A stretch of DNA of 64,000 nucleotides from Trueperaceae bacterium (GTDB lineage Bacteria > Deinococcota > Deinococci > Deinococcales > Trueperaceae), in NCBI GenBank assembly GCA_965215565.1, contig CBDCDZ010000004.1, positions 4,096,001-4,160,000 of the forward strand. The letters are read 5' to 3'. A program made the position numbers and the translations under genes. The notes beneath the pieces are model-generated. The model had not been told where the DNA came from. It did no database searches and was given only the letters and a program-made list of their open reading frames with translations. Positions within the stretch are counted from its first letter, which is position 1. Every line of letters begins with the position of its first letter. Positions 40,883 to 50,533 of this stretch are shown here, one piece after another.

Positions 40883-41054
40883 CAACTCTATACTAAGTTC
40901 ATCTGGTTTGAGACACTCTCACTCTAAAAAGCAGCGTTTAGGACGCACATTGTGAGATGATACCTGCGGCGTTCTGTCTCAGTATATTTTGGAACTGCTA
41001 TTGAAATTGCGTAACGGGAGCCGTGTTCAACACATCCTCCTAATGAATCAACGG

Positions 41055-41083
41055 TTGACACCTTCTATACTGCTCGGTATACT
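41055..41083 (+). promoter_or_regulatory. Sigma70 promoter with overlapping palindromic operator
   Basis: TTGACA-N17-TATACT, 7 nt before GTG 41091; TATACTGCTCGGTATA at 41066-41081. Confidence 0.75.
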
Positions 41084-41090
41084 CGTTGGT

Positions 41091-41678
41091 GTGATAGAGA
41101 CACCGACTACCCTAGAGCCGCGCTCGCGCCTCTTGTGCTGCGCGCTTCACCTCTTCGCTGAGCACGGCTACGACGCAGTTGGGGTGCAGCGCGTGGTCGA
41201 AGCGGCGGGCGTGACGAAGCCGACGCTCTATCATCACTTCGGGAACAAGCTGGGGCTCTTGGAGGCTCTTCTACAAACTCACTTCGACCCCCTCAACGAG
41301 AGACTGCAACGCGCCGCCGCCTATCACCGCGATTTACCGCAAACGCTAGAACAGTTCAGCAGTACCTATATAACGCTGTCACTCAACGAGCCGGACTTCT
41401 CCAGACTGCGCCTCACCCTCTGGTTCGCCCCGCCGGGCAGCGAAGCGTTTCGCGCGGTTGCGCCCTGGTTAGAACGTCAGGAGAAACTCGTCGCTGAGCT
41501 TTTTGAGCAGGCATCGCAAGACCACGGCAACATGCGCTCTCGGCAGCTTACGCTGGCCTCGAGCTTCTTAGGTACGCTCAACACTTACGTTGGCTTATCG
41601 CTCAACGGATACTTGAATCTAAATGATGAGACCCGCCACCAGATGTTGCGTCAATATATGTACGGCATCTTCTCGTGA
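41091..41678 (+). CDS. TetR/AcrR family regulator
   Basis: FAEHGYDAVGVQRVVEAAGVTKPTLYHHF helix-turn-helix. Confidence 0.9.
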   Translation: MIETPTTLEPRSRLLCCALHLFAEHGYDAVGVQRVVEAAGVTKPTLYHHFGNKLGLLEALLQTHFDPLNERLQRAAAYHRDLPQTLEQFSSTYITLSLNEPDFSRLRLTLWFAPPGSEAFRAVAPWLERQEKLVAELFEQASQDHGNMRSRQLTLASSFLGTLNTYVGLSLNGYLNLNDETRHQMLRQYMYGIFS

Positions 41679-41721
41679 CCTCTTACAGAATTCTATAGCA
41701 GATAAATTTTTTACCCCTATC

Positions 41722-41737
41722 TATACCGAAAGGTATA
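41722..41737. promoter_or_regulatory. Second putative TetR operator, upstream of the GH13 gene
   Basis: TATACCGAAAGGTATA has the same pattern as 41066-41081. Confidence 0.6.
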
Positions 41738-41763
41738 AACGTTCAAATCAAGGAGAAATGCGA

Positions 41764-43116
41764 ATGAATCAACCCTTTCAAGACGCAACCATCTATCACA
41801 TCTACCCACTAGGACTTTTAGGCGCACCGGAGCGCAACGACTTCGCCTCGCCCGCCGCGCCGCGCCTAAAAGAGCTTCACGACTGGCTCCCTCACCTGAA
41901 CGACTTGGGCGTCAACGCGCTCTATCTAGGTCCAGTATTTGAGTCGAGTGCGCACGGCTACGACACGGTGGATTACTTTCACGTGGATAGACGTTTAGGC
42001 AACAATGAGATGCTGCGAGATTTGGCGACGCATCTTCGCGACAATAACATCCGCCTTGTGCTAGACGCAGTCTTTAACCACGTTGGACGAGACTTTTGGG
42101 CGTTTAAGGATGTGTTAGGGAACGGCGAGACCTCTCCCTATAAAGATTGGTTCCACTTAGAGTTCGGCGGCTCGAGCCCCCTCGGAGACCCCTTCACCTA
42201 CGAAGGCTGGAGCGGCAACTACGACCTCGTGAAACTCAACCTCTCGAATCAAGAGGTCAGGGCGCACCTCATGAGCGCGGTGAAATCCTGGGTGCACGAC
42301 TTTGAGATCAGCGGGTTGCGTTTGGACGCAGCGGACGTGATGGACAAGGACTTCTTGCGTGAGCTTACGCGCTTTTGTAAGGACCTGAAGCCGGACTTCT
42401 GGCTCATGGGCGAGGTTGTTCACGGCGATTACAGCGAGTGGGTGGGTCCCGACATGTTGGATTCTGCGACGAACTACGAGCTTTACAAAGGACTGTGGTC
42501 GAGCCACGCCGATAAAAACTACTTCGAGTTGGCGCATTCGCTCAAGCGTCAGTTTGGCGAAGGCGGCGTTTATGCGGGGCTCGACCTCTACACCTTTGCG
42601 GATAACCATGATGTCAATAGGGTGGCGAGCAGCTTAACGGAAAGTGCACACCTCTATCCGCTCTATACGCTTCTCTTCACCGTCCCCGGCATTCCCTCTA
42701 TCTATGCGGGTAGCGAGTGGGGTATCTCAGGCGAGCGCACGAATACGAGCGACGAGGCGCTGAGACCGAGGCTCGAGCTACAAGAAGTCAAAGCCCACGC
42801 CCCTCATCCCGACCTCGCCGACCTCATCGCCAAGCTGAGCCGTTTGCGTCACGCTTCGTCTGCTTTACAAAGAGGTGGCTACCGAGAATTGCTAGTCGAA
42901 CATGAACAGTTGGCTTTTGTACGCGAAAGTGCTGAAGAAAAAATTGTCGTAGTAACCAACGCTTCCGAGGAAAAGGTCATGCTCGAGCTAAACCTACCCT
43001 TTTCAGCCGGAACTGCTGTTGATTTGTTGAATGACAACGAAACCTTCGAAGTGCAGGATGCTCAACTGTCTGTCAACGTTCACCCGAGGTGGGCTCGAGT
43101 CTTGAAACTTTCGTAG
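41764..43116 (+). CDS. GH13 alpha-amylase family (cyclomaltodextrinase-like)
   Basis: HGYDTVDY, DAVFNH, GLRLDAAD, GEV and FADNHD motifs. Confidence 0.92.
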   Translation: MNQPFQDATIYHIYPLGLLGAPERNDFASPAAPRLKELHDWLPHLNDLGVNALYLGPVFESSAHGYDTVDYFHVDRRLGNNEMLRDLATHLRDNNIRLVLDAVFNHVGRDFWAFKDVLGNGETSPYKDWFHLEFGGSSPLGDPFTYEGWSGNYDLVKLNLSNQEVRAHLMSAVKSWVHDFEISGLRLDAADVMDKDFLRELTRFCKDLKPDFWLMGEVVHGDYSEWVGPDMLDSATNYELYKGLWSSHADKNYFELAHSLKRQFGEGGVYAGLDLYTFADNHDVNRVASSLTESAHLYPLYTLLFTVPGIPSIYAGSEWGISGERTNTSDEALRPRLELQEVKAHAPHPDLADLIAKLSRLRHASSALQRGGYRELLVEHEQLAFVRESAEEKIVVVTNASEEKVMLELNLPFSAGTAVDLLNDNETFEVQDAQLSVNVHPRWARVLKLS

Positions 43117-44021
43117 CGTTGTCCGCGTTTTGACTCTGATTGATTTGACTCCGATTGAGTTGCGTGGGCGGGGCCGACGTGCGCGAGGTCAACCCCTTCA
43201 GGATAGGTGCGCGTCGGCGGCAGCGTGTAGGGCGTGCGGCGCGGCGGCAAGGCCAGTTGCGCGTAAGCGCGGTAGCGAAGAAGTTTGAACACGACTTTCT
43301 CTACCCAAGGGCGCGGCGCGGAAAGACCGAGAGCGTCCCGCATAGGCGGGTTCATGAGGCTCGAGGCGGCGTCCCTGCCGATGTCCGCAAGAGGTCGGCG
43401 CAACGTTTTCGGCAGCGTTTCGGGCAGTACCCAACTCAGGAAGAGGTCTAGCGTCGCGTCCGCTAAGAGTTGATTGTTCGGGTCGTAAGCGAAACGCTCG
43501 CGCTCGTAGCGAACGTTGTACGCTTCAAACCCCTCGTAGCTTTCCGGCAAGTCGTGAAGCCCCATTCGCCGCCCGACCTCGCGCCAGAAGTAAAAGCCCG
43601 CCAACCGCTCGTTCTCGTGAAGAGGACGCCAGCCGAAGCGGGCGTTCCACCTTATGGGCTCGTAGATAAAGGTGCTCAGTACATAGAGAAATTCGTCGTT
43701 CGGAATCCGGTAACGCCCGTGAATTTGGTTCATCTGCCGAATCGCCCGCGTCCCCAATGCGCTGCTGTAGCCGTGCAAGCCGATAGTGCTGATAAGGATA
43801 ACGGTGTCGTCGTACCTCTTCTGGGTGCGCTCGGTGAACTCCTTGGTAGCGACTAAGAGGCGAGAGCCGCGCGGCACACAGAAGGTGCGCACCAAAGCGA
43901 GTTCGTAGGCGCGTTGCGTGTCGAAGGGGAAGTCGAAGGCGCTGCTTAAAAAAGCGATGCGCTCGTTGTCCTTTTCGGGGTGGAGGCGTTTGATTTGGTT
44001 GAGGATGGTGTAGCGAGACAT
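43080..44021 (-). CDS. Oxygenase MpaB / DUF2236 family protein
   Basis: KRYDDT, MNQIHGRY, YVLSTF and FWREVGRRMG motifs. Confidence 0.8.
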   Translation of the reverse strand: MSRYTILNQIKRLHPEKDNERIAFLSSAFDFPFDTQRAYELALVRTFCVPRGSRLLVATKEFTERTQKRYDDTVILISTIGLHGYSSALGTRAIRQMNQIHGRYRIPNDEFLYVLSTFIYEPIRWNARFGWRPLHENERLAGFYFWREVGRRMGLHDLPESYEGFEAYNVRYERERFAYDPNNQLLADATLDLFLSWVLPETLPKTLRRPLADIGRDAASSLMNPPMRDALGLSAPRPWVEKVVFKLLRYRAYAQLALPPRRTPYTLPPTRTYPEGVDLAHVGPAHATQSESNQSESKRGQRYESFKTRAHLG

Positions 44022-44191
44022 TGGTTTAAGTGTAAGGGGTTTTTGGACGACTCGAGGTGTTCACAGCGATAAGCATTTTAGCCAGTCAGCGAGTCAGCCA
44101 GTCAGGAAAATCTTAAAACCTGAAGTGCTGATGAGCTGAGACGCTGCTTTCTCGCTTGCAGCCGCGCCGCGCAAGCGCGTATCCTAAAGCT

Positions 44192-44446
44192 ATGACCGTC
44201 GAACTCACTCCCGCGCAAGAAGCGCTGATTCAAGAGCAGCTCGAGGCGGGGCGCTATCATTCCCGCACCGAAGCGATTGCCGAAGCGTTAGAGCTGCTGA
44301 GCGACCACCTCCGGCTCGAGCAGATGAAGTTAGAGCGGCTACGCGCCGAGATTCAAAAGGGCTTGGATAGTGGCGAGAGCACGCCGCTCGATATGGACGC
44401 GATTAAAGCAGAAGCGCGGAGACGCTACAACGAACGCAAGCGGTAA
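44192..44446 (+). CDS. ParD-like antitoxin
   Basis: GRYHSRTEAIAEAL and LRAEIQKGLDSG; coupled to a ParE-like gene. Confidence 0.85.
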   Translation: MTVELTPAQEALIQEQLEAGRYHSRTEAIAEALELLSDHLRLEQMKLERLRAEIQKGLDSGESTPLDMDAIKAEARRRYNERKR

Positions 44447-44742
44447 TGCCGGTTGTTCTCAGACGCTCCGAAGCCGAGCTTGACCTGTTTTTTATATGGG
44501 AGCGCGTCAGCTTAGAAGACCCTGACGTAGCTGACCGTATTCTGGACCAGCTCGAAGCGCAGTTTAACCTCATCGCAACGCAACCGCTTATGGGGCGAGA
44601 GAGGCCGGAGCTAGCTCCGCAACTACGCAGCTTTACAGGGGCTCGCTACATCATTTTCTACTTACCTCTCGAGGACGGCATCAACGTTGTGAGAGTCTTA
44701 GATGGACGGCAGAATATAAGCCGTGAATTCGGTGAGCGCTAA
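44446..44742 (+). CDS. RelE/ParE family toxin
   Basis: AELDL, PLMGRERPEL, YIIFY and VVRVLDGRQ motifs. Confidence 0.87.
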   Translation: MPVVLRRSEAELDLFFIWERVSLEDPDVADRILDQLEAQFNLIATQPLMGRERPELAPQLRSFTGARYIIFYLPLEDGINVVRVLDGRQNISREFGER

Positions 44743-44768
44743 GAGGTCTAGCCGCAACATACTCGAGC

Positions 44769-45593
44769 CTAATACACCTCCGGCACGAACGTCTGGTCAC
44801 TCACAGGCGGACGCACATAAGAGGTGTTCTCCTGTCGCGGCGGCAGCTTGATCGGCTTAGGCGTGAGGTCTTCGTAGTCAATCACGCTCAAGAGGTGCGA
44901 GATACAGTTGAGCCGCGCCCGCCTTTTAACGTCCGCATCCACCACGAACCAGGGCGCTTGCTTGATATCGGTGTAGGCGAACATGGTGTCTTTGGCTTTG
45001 GAGTATTCCACCCACTTCTCCCGCGATTCCAAGTCCATCGGCGAGAGCTTCCAGCGCTTAGTGGGGTCTTTAATGCGGGCTTGAAAGCGCTTCTCCTGTT
45101 CGTCGGGGCTGACCGAGAACCAATATTTGATGAGGATGACGCCCGAACGCACCAACATCCGCTCGAACTCGGGGCAAGAGCGTAAAAACTCTTGATATTC
45201 CTCTTCGGTGCAAAAGCCCATGACCCGCTCGACGCCTGCGCGGTTGTACCAACTCCTGTCGAACAGCACCATCTCACCCGCTGCCGGGAGTTGCTCGACA
45301 TAGCGCTGGAAGTACCACTGCGTCTTTTGGCGCTCCGTAGGCGTGCCTAGAGCGACCACGCGGCACACCCTAGGATTCAAGCTCTCTGTAATCCGCTTAA
45401 TAGTGCCGCCTTTACCCGCCGCGTCACGCCCTTCAAAGACCACCACGACTTTGAGCCCCTGCGCTTTGATCCACTCTTGCAACTTGACGAGTTCGACTTG
45501 GAGGTTCTCGAGTTCCTTCTCATAAACCTTTTTGTCCAGTTTGGGTTTAGCCTCAGCTACGCCGTTGCTCTTGGACTTCTTGGACTTCGCCAT
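44769..45593 (-). CDS. ppk2: Polyphosphate kinase 2
   Basis: FEGRDAAGKGG, WYFQRY, FDRSWYNRAG and WKLSPMD motifs. Confidence 0.95.
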   Translation of the reverse strand: MAKSKKSKSNGVAEAKPKLDKKVYEKELENLQVELVKLQEWIKAQGLKVVVVFEGRDAAGKGGTIKRITESLNPRVCRVVALGTPTERQKTQWYFQRYVEQLPAAGEMVLFDRSWYNRAGVERVMGFCTEEEYQEFLRSCPEFERMLVRSGVILIKYWFSVSPDEQEKRFQARIKDPTKRWKLSPMDLESREKWVEYSKAKDTMFAYTDIKQAPWFVVDADVKRRARLNCISHLLSVIDYEDLTPKPIKLPPRQENTSYVRPPVSDQTFVPEVY

Positions 45594-45632
45594 CTGTGCC
45601 TCCTTAGAAGAGAGGTTAGTTTAGCATTTCTA

Positions 45633-45776
45633 TCATTCTGAACGAACGTGAAGAATCTCGTTTGGCTACGCCAAAACTTCGTAACTTTCATGCTTAGTTA
45701 GAGGAGAAGGCGAATGCAGAGATTCTTCCCCTTCGTACCAAGACTACGTCCGACTTCGTGAACAGGGTCAGAATGA
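45633..45776. repeat. Inverted pair of TCATTCTGA...GAAGAATCT REP-like units
   Basis: TCATTCTGA...GAAGAATCTC (45633-45659) versus GAGATTCTTC (45719-45728)...TCAGAATGA (45768-45776). Confidence 0.55.
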
Positions 45777-45828
45777 CATCGGGAAGTAGTTCACTCAATC
45801 GGTTTCCAATTATTCCTTTATAAGTAAT

Positions 45829-45858
45829 CTTGACACAAGCGCACTCAAGTTTTATAAT
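45829..45858 (+). promoter_or_regulatory. Consensus sigma70 promoter with a HAIR-like (HspR) operator upstream of clpB
   Basis: TTGACA-N17-TATAAT; CTTGACA-N7-ACTCAAG versus HAIR consensus CTTGAGT-N7-ACTCAAG. Confidence 0.8.
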
Positions 45859-45867
45859 ACAACTATT

Positions 45868-48447
45868 ATGAATGCTGAACGACTTACCGAATCAACCTTA
45901 CAAGCTGTGGCGAGCGCCCAGCAGATTGCGCGGACGCGGGGGCATCAAAACATCGTCCCTGCGCACCTCGCGACCTCGTTGCTCGCCGACCCGAACAGCC
46001 CGGCGGCAAGGGTTTTAGAGCGTGCGGGCGGAGACCTCGCCCAAGTTCAGTCTGAACTCGATACTGTACTAGACAAACTTCCTAAAGTGGCAGGTAGCGA
46101 GAGCCAATATATGAGCAGTGAATTGGCCCGGACATTTGACGAAGCCGAGCGTGTCGCCAAAGAATGGGGCGACTCATTTGTCGCGGCGGACGCTCTACTT
46201 GTGGCGCTGCGCAATGTTGGCGGGAACAGTCTTAATTCGCTTCCGAAAGCGAAAGAGCTTAAAGAAGCCGCGCAAGAGATCAGAAAGGGGCGCACGGTGG
46301 ACACGAAATCGGCAGAGATGAGTTTTGAATCGTTAGAGAAATACGGCATTGACCTCACGCAGATGGCAAGGGATGGCAAGTTAGACCCCGTCATTGGACG
46401 CGACGAGGAGATTCGCCGCGCGGTGCAAATCTTGCTGCGCCGCACCAAAAACAACCCCGTCTTGATCGGTGAACCCGGTGTCGGCAAGACCGCCATCGCC
46501 GAAGGTTTAGCCCAGCGCATTATCAACAAAGACGTGCCCGAAGGTTTGCAGGGCAAGCGCATCATTCAACTCGATATGGGTTCTCTGCTCGCAGGTGCAA
46601 AGTATCGCGGTGAGTTCGAGGAACGCCTCAAAGCCGTCATTCAAGAGACGATTCAGAGCAGGGGAGAGGTTGTCCTTTTCGTGGACGAACTCCACACCAT
46701 CGTCGGCGCGGGCAAAGCCGAAGGCGCGGTGGACGCAGGCAACATGCTCAAGCCGCCCCTAGCGAGAGGTGAACTCCGCATGGTGGGTGCGACGACCCTG
46801 AGCGAGTACCGCGCCATCGAGAAGGACGCCGCCTTGGAGCGCCGCTTCCAACCCATCGTCGTGGACGAGCCCGCTGTCGAGGAGACCATCTCCATCTTGC
46901 GCGGCATCAAGGAGAAGTACGAGGTGCACCACGGCGTGCGCATCGCCGACCCCGCCATCATCGCCGCCGCGACGCTCTCGAACCGCTACATCGCCGATAG
47001 ACAACTCCCTGACAAGGCGATTGACCTCATCGACGAGGCTGCCTCGAGAATTCGCGTACAGCTCGACTCGATGCCCGAAGAGATCGACGACTTACGCCGC
47101 CGCAGATTACAACTCGAGATCGAACAAGAAGCCCTCAAGCGCGAAGAGGACACCGAGTCTGCGAATCGCCTCCTCCGCATCGAAGAAGAGTTGCGAGTTA
47201 TCGAAGACGGCATCAACCAAGCGCAGTCCGATTGGGAAGCGGAGCGTCAAATCTTGGACGACCTCCGCGACGTCCAAGCCCAACTCGACAGTGTACGCAC
47301 GCAAATTGAAGCAGCGGAGCGTGACTATGACCTCAACAAAGCGGCGGAACTCCGTTACGGACAGTTGCCTAAGTTGGAGCAGCAACTCCGCGACTATACG
47401 AAGAAGCTCGAGCACGCCAAATACGTCCGCCTAGAAGTTGGGGAAAACGAAGTTGCCGAAGTCGTGAGCCGCTGGACGAACATTCCTCTGTCGCGCCTTA
47501 TGGAGAGCGAGCGGGAGAAGTTGCTGAGGCTCGAGGATGCACTCCACGGGCGCGTCATCGGTCAGGACGAAGCGATCACCGCCGTCAGCGACGCCATCCG
47601 TCGCTCCCGCGCGGGCCTCGCCGACCCAAACCGTCCCATCGGCTCGTTCATCTTCTTAGGTCCGACAGGTGTAGGTAAAACCGAGACCGCCAAAGCCTTA
47701 GCCCAGCAACTCTTCGACTCTGAAGACAATCTGATCCGCCTCGACATGTCCGAATACATGGAGAAGCACACCACCGCCCGCCTCATCGGTGCGCCTCCCG
47801 GCTACATCGGCTACGACGAAGGCGGGCAACTCACCGAAGCGGTGCGACGCCGTCCCTACAGCGTGATTCTCTTCGACGAAATCGAGAAAGCCCACCCCGA
47901 CGTCTTCAACACGCTCCTGCAACTCCTCGACGACGGACGCCTCACCGACTCGCAAGGGCGCACCGTGGATTTCCGCAACACCGTCATCATCATGACCTCG
48001 AACATCGGCTCCCCGCAGATTTTAGACGCGAGCCGGAGCGGTGCCGATTACGACAGCATTAAGGATACGGTCTTCGGACTGCTTCAGCAGAGCTTCCGCC
48101 CCGAGTTCTTGAACCGCGTAGACGACACCATCGTCTTCCACGCGCTTGAGCAAGACCAGATCGCCGCGATTGCTGAGATTCAGCTTTCGCGCTTACGCGA
48201 ACGCCTCCGCGAGCGCCGCATCACGCTCACCTTCTCAGACGCTGCGATGGAGCAGCTCGCTCGCGTCGGCTACGACCCCGTCTTCGGCGCACGCCCCCTA
48301 AAACGCGCCATCCAACAACGCATCGAGACGCCCCTATCGCGCAAGATTATTGCGGGTGAGGTGCAAGATGGGGATGATGTGGTGGTGGAGCCGGGGGCGA
48401 GTGGGTTTAGCTTCCAGGTGAAAGAGGTGGCAGTAGCGCTGAATTAA
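45868..48447 (+). CDS. clpB: ATP-dependent chaperone ClpB
   Basis: Two AAA+ modules ([16 protein letters not shown]) with a long coiled-coil middle domain; 859 aa. Confidence 0.97.
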   Translation: MNAERLTESTLQAVASAQQIARTRGHQNIVPAHLATSLLADPNSPAARVLERAGGDLAQVQSELDTVLDKLPKVAGSESQYMSSELARTFDEAERVAKEWGDSFVAADALLVALRNVGGNSLNSLPKAKELKEAAQEIRKGRTVDTKSAEMSFESLEKYGIDLTQMARDGKLDPVIGRDEEIRRAVQILLRRTKNNPVLIGEPGVGKTAIAEGLAQRIINKDVPEGLQGKRIIQLDMGSLLAGAKYRGEFEERLKAVIQETIQSRGEVVLFVDELHTIVGAGKAEGAVDAGNMLKPPLARGELRMVGATTLSEYRAIEKDAALERRFQPIVVDEPAVEETISILRGIKEKYEVHHGVRIADPAIIAAATLSNRYIADRQLPDKAIDLIDEAASRIRVQLDSMPEEIDDLRRRRLQLEIEQEALKREEDTESANRLLRIEEELRVIEDGINQAQSDWEAERQILDDLRDVQAQLDSVRTQIEAAERDYDLNKAAELRYGQLPKLEQQLRDYTKKLEHAKYVRLEVGENEVAEVVSRWTNIPLSRLMESEREKLLRLEDALHGRVIGQDEAITAVSDAIRRSRAGLADPNRPIGSFIFLGPTGVGKTETAKALAQQLFDSEDNLIRLDMSEYMEKHTTARLIGAPPGYIGYDEGGQLTEAVRRRPYSVILFDEIEKAHPDVFNTLLQLLDDGRLTDSQGRTVDFRNTVIIMTSNIGSPQILDASRSGADYDSIKDTVFGLLQQSFRPEFLNRVDDTIVFHALEQDQIAAIAEIQLSRLRERLRERRITLTFSDAAMEQLARVGYDPVFGARPLKRAIQQRIETPLSRKIIAGEVQDGDDVVVEPGASGFSFQVKEVAVALN

Positions 48448-48473
48448 AGTTGGAGTACGTTGTAGTAGAAGAG

Positions 48474-48510
48474 AAGAGGTCATCTGGATAAGGTGACCTC
48501 TTTATCTTTT
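48474..48510 (+). terminator. Terminator after clpB
   Basis: AAGAGGTCA/TGACCTCTT stem plus T-rich tail. Confidence 0.6.
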
Positions 48511-48540
48511 GGACAAGATTTAGTTAGTGTCGTGTTACGT

Positions 48541-49134
48541 TCATTTCGTAGCGGCAATACCTCGCTGAACACGATTTGGTAAAACAAACAAGAATTGCGC
48601 TAAAGCAGTAACAAAGTCAATTACCCGCTGAGCATCTTTCTCATTGGGAAGGTCTGCATTTTCATCTGCGTGACGCTGGTCATTCGCATCTAACCTTACC
48701 TCGTGAGCCCATTCAGCCATGCTTTGAGTAATCAGATGATCTTCTGCTGCCTTCTCAATACGCTTATAGAGGCTGCCCGAGTTGTAACCCTTCTCTTTCA
48801 ACATCGCATCTACTGCGCTTGCTGAAAGCATGACAGAGCCAGCGGGCGCGTGGATAGAATTGATCGCTTGTTCGAGGAACGTTCGGGCTCTTTCTGGAAT
48901 AGTTTCGTCTACAATTTGTGGTTGTGGGTAAATTTCATATGCTACGTCACCATCACTATACGCTGCTGCAAGAACTACACCACCACAATTTCCACAAACG
49001 TAGCAACGCCATGTTCGTCGGTTACCACCATTGTGACTTTTCGTGTTGAACTCGGTAAGGCTTGAGAGCATTGGTCTATGTACACTACAATGAGGGCAAC
49101 GAAATAGCTCAAACTTATTTTCTAACCGAGGCAT
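48541..49134 (-). CDS. DUF4145 (HEPN-like) protein with N-terminal zinc ribbon
   Basis: CPHC and CGNC motifs; SLYKRIE and HEVRLDANDQRH; lower GC than the flanks. Confidence 0.75.
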   Translation of the reverse strand: MPRLENKFELFRCPHCSVHRPMLSSLTEFNTKSHNGGNRRTWRCYVCGNCGGVVLAAAYSDGDVAYEIYPQPQIVDETIPERARTFLEQAINSIHAPAGSVMLSASAVDAMLKEKGYNSGSLYKRIEKAAEDHLITQSMAEWAHEVRLDANDQRHADENADLPNEKDAQRVIDFVTALAQFLFVLPNRVQRGIAATK

Positions 49135-49204
49135 CAGACTCCATACAGTTTTATTCTAACCTCTTACGAACGCCCTGACCAGTATGGTGAAGAAATGATA
49201 TAAC

Positions 49205-49267
49205 CCCTCTCAAAACGTTCTTTCGGCATTTCAAGCGGCGTTGGAGTCGGGCGGTAGAGCCTCGAGC
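49205..49267. repeat. Inter-cassette repeat R1, copy 1
   Basis: 53/60 identical to 49973-50032; ends at CTCGAGC. Confidence 0.85.
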
Positions 49268-49268
49268 C

Positions 49269-49466
49269 TCAACTCACGCGCTGAGAGTCCGTGTCAGATT
49301 CTTTAACCACAGGCGTAACGCGCTTGGCAGGAAAGGACACGAAAACATCCTCGCTTTGCTCTTCTCGAGCTTGCAAGTCAGCGACAATCGCCTCGAGGTC
49401 ATAGTCAAACTTTTCGGCGTGTTCTTCACGAATACGCCTCACTTCTGCAACGATAGGGTCATCCAT
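49269..49466 (-). CDS. Small putative antitoxin partner of a PIN protein
   Basis: MDDPIVAEVRRIREEHA; overlaps the PIN gene stop. Confidence 0.7.
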   Translation of the reverse strand: MDDPIVAEVRRIREEHAEKFDYDLEAIVADLQAREEQSEDVFVSFPAKRVTPVVKESDTDSQRVS

Positions 49467-49941
49467 CCTCTACCTCCTTGAGTTCTTCGGGTGTGCAAAT
49501 AACGGACGGTTCGTAGCCTTCAGCGCGGCAGAGCGCTTCAATTTTGGCCCTGATTGTCGCATTCGCAATATGTTTGAGGTTCCAGGTCATGAGATAGTCT
49601 ATTCCGTTGGTCGTAGCGAGGGCGATGTGTAGGGCATCTTCGGACGCTTTTGGAGGAATCAGCGCTTGACTCATGATGGCTTTGGCTAACTCGAGTGCGT
49701 CTTGCTTCGTTGGTAAAAGGGGTAGTCCGTTCAGTGCTTGTAACCGTTTCTGAGCAGCACTTTTGTCACCACCGCCCGCCTCGTCTTTGACAAGCTGAGA
49801 GATGAAGAGGTCAAAGTGGGGTCTGCTGTCGAGCCACCAGTCTTGCGTCACTTGTTGATAGGCAGCCGTAACCAAATCTCTGCTAGGTCTGGCTGTTAAA
49901 TAGCTGATGACCGTAGTTTCGATGTAGACCTTCGGCTTCAC
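49459..49941 (-). CDS. PIN-domain (VapC-like) toxin
   Basis: VYIETTVISY, EDALHIALA and TWNLKHIAN motifs. Confidence 0.85.
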   Translation of the reverse strand: MKPKVYIETTVISYLTARPSRDLVTAAYQQVTQDWWLDSRPHFDLFISQLVKDEAGGGDKSAAQKRLQALNGLPLLPTKQDALELAKAIMSQALIPPKASEDALHIALATTNGIDYLMTWNLKHIANATIRAKIEALCRAEGYEPSVICTPEELKEVEDG

Positions 49942-49968
49942 GCCTTTATTTTACTCTATAGTTTCAAT

Positions 49969-50032
49969 CCCATCTCAAAACGTTCTTCCAGCGTTTCAGG
50001 TGGCGTCGGAATCGGGCGGTAGAGCCTCGAGC
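49969..50032. repeat. Inter-cassette repeat R1, copy 2
   Basis: TCTCAAAACGTTCTT...GGGCGGTAGAGCCTCGAGC. Confidence 0.85.
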
Positions 50033-50062
50033 AACGCCCCTAGCGCTTTTGACCTTTCCCAG

Positions 50063-50533
50063 TTATGACAAGAGGTTCCGCTGCCGCAGATGATTGAAGT
50101 TTTGCGCTGAGTATCCCAAATTGCTCGCCTCGAGGTAAAGGTTGAGGTCATCCGTAAGCAAGGAAGAAGGTTTTGCACTGAGATGCTCGAGCATCGCGCA
50201 ATCTGTGACACCTAAACGCACAAACGCTCTGTGCCGAGAAGCCACCTTCGATTCGATATGTTCTTCATCAATCGCTTGAATGGTTAGAGCAAGTTGCCGC
50301 ATCAACTCTGAGCGGACAGGCTCCCCGATCTGCGCAACGAGGTTCGACGTTTCTGCTAAAACTTGTGACGTGGTTGAGACCTTTGGAGCGTTGCGTACGA
50401 TCTCAATAAGTAAGTCGAGATCATCTTTTGTGAACGTTTTTGTACGTTTGTGACGTTCGATGAGACTTCTGTCTAAGCTCCCGACGACGAATAGGACCAA
50501 GAGGTTTGTGTCAAGAAGAATCGCACTCGTCAC
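50063..50533 (-). CDS. PIN-domain protein
   Basis: LLDTNLLV, VLAETSNL, GVTDC and LLTDDLNL motifs. Confidence 0.82.
   Translation of the reverse strand: MTSAILLDTNLLVLFVVGSLDRSLIERHKRTKTFTKDDLDLLIEIVRNAPKVSTTSQVLAETSNLVAQIGEPVRSELMRQLALTIQAIDEEHIESKVASRHRAFVRLGVTDCAMLEHLSAKPSSLLTDDLNLYLEASNLGYSAQNFNHLRQRNLLS

Larger units (their letters stand above)
39775..40900 (+). mobile_element. IS110-family insertion sequence (1126 bp) with TC core at both junctions and no terminal inverted repeats
   Basis: Boundaries set by the empty-site repeat copies; TC at 39773-39774 and 40899-40900; long non-coding left end, short right end. Confidence 0.92.
39764..41000 (-). repeat. Repeat family A, copy 9, split by the IS110 element (39764-39774 and 40901-41000)
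   Basis: Removing 39775-40900 restores TAGCAGGTATCATCTGGTTTGAGACACTCTCAC...GGAACTGCTA (111 bp). Confidence 0.92.

Noticed and set aside
48480..48487. TCATCTGG matching the right half of the IS110 target
   Set aside because: The left half does not match and it lies in the clpB terminator; likely chance.
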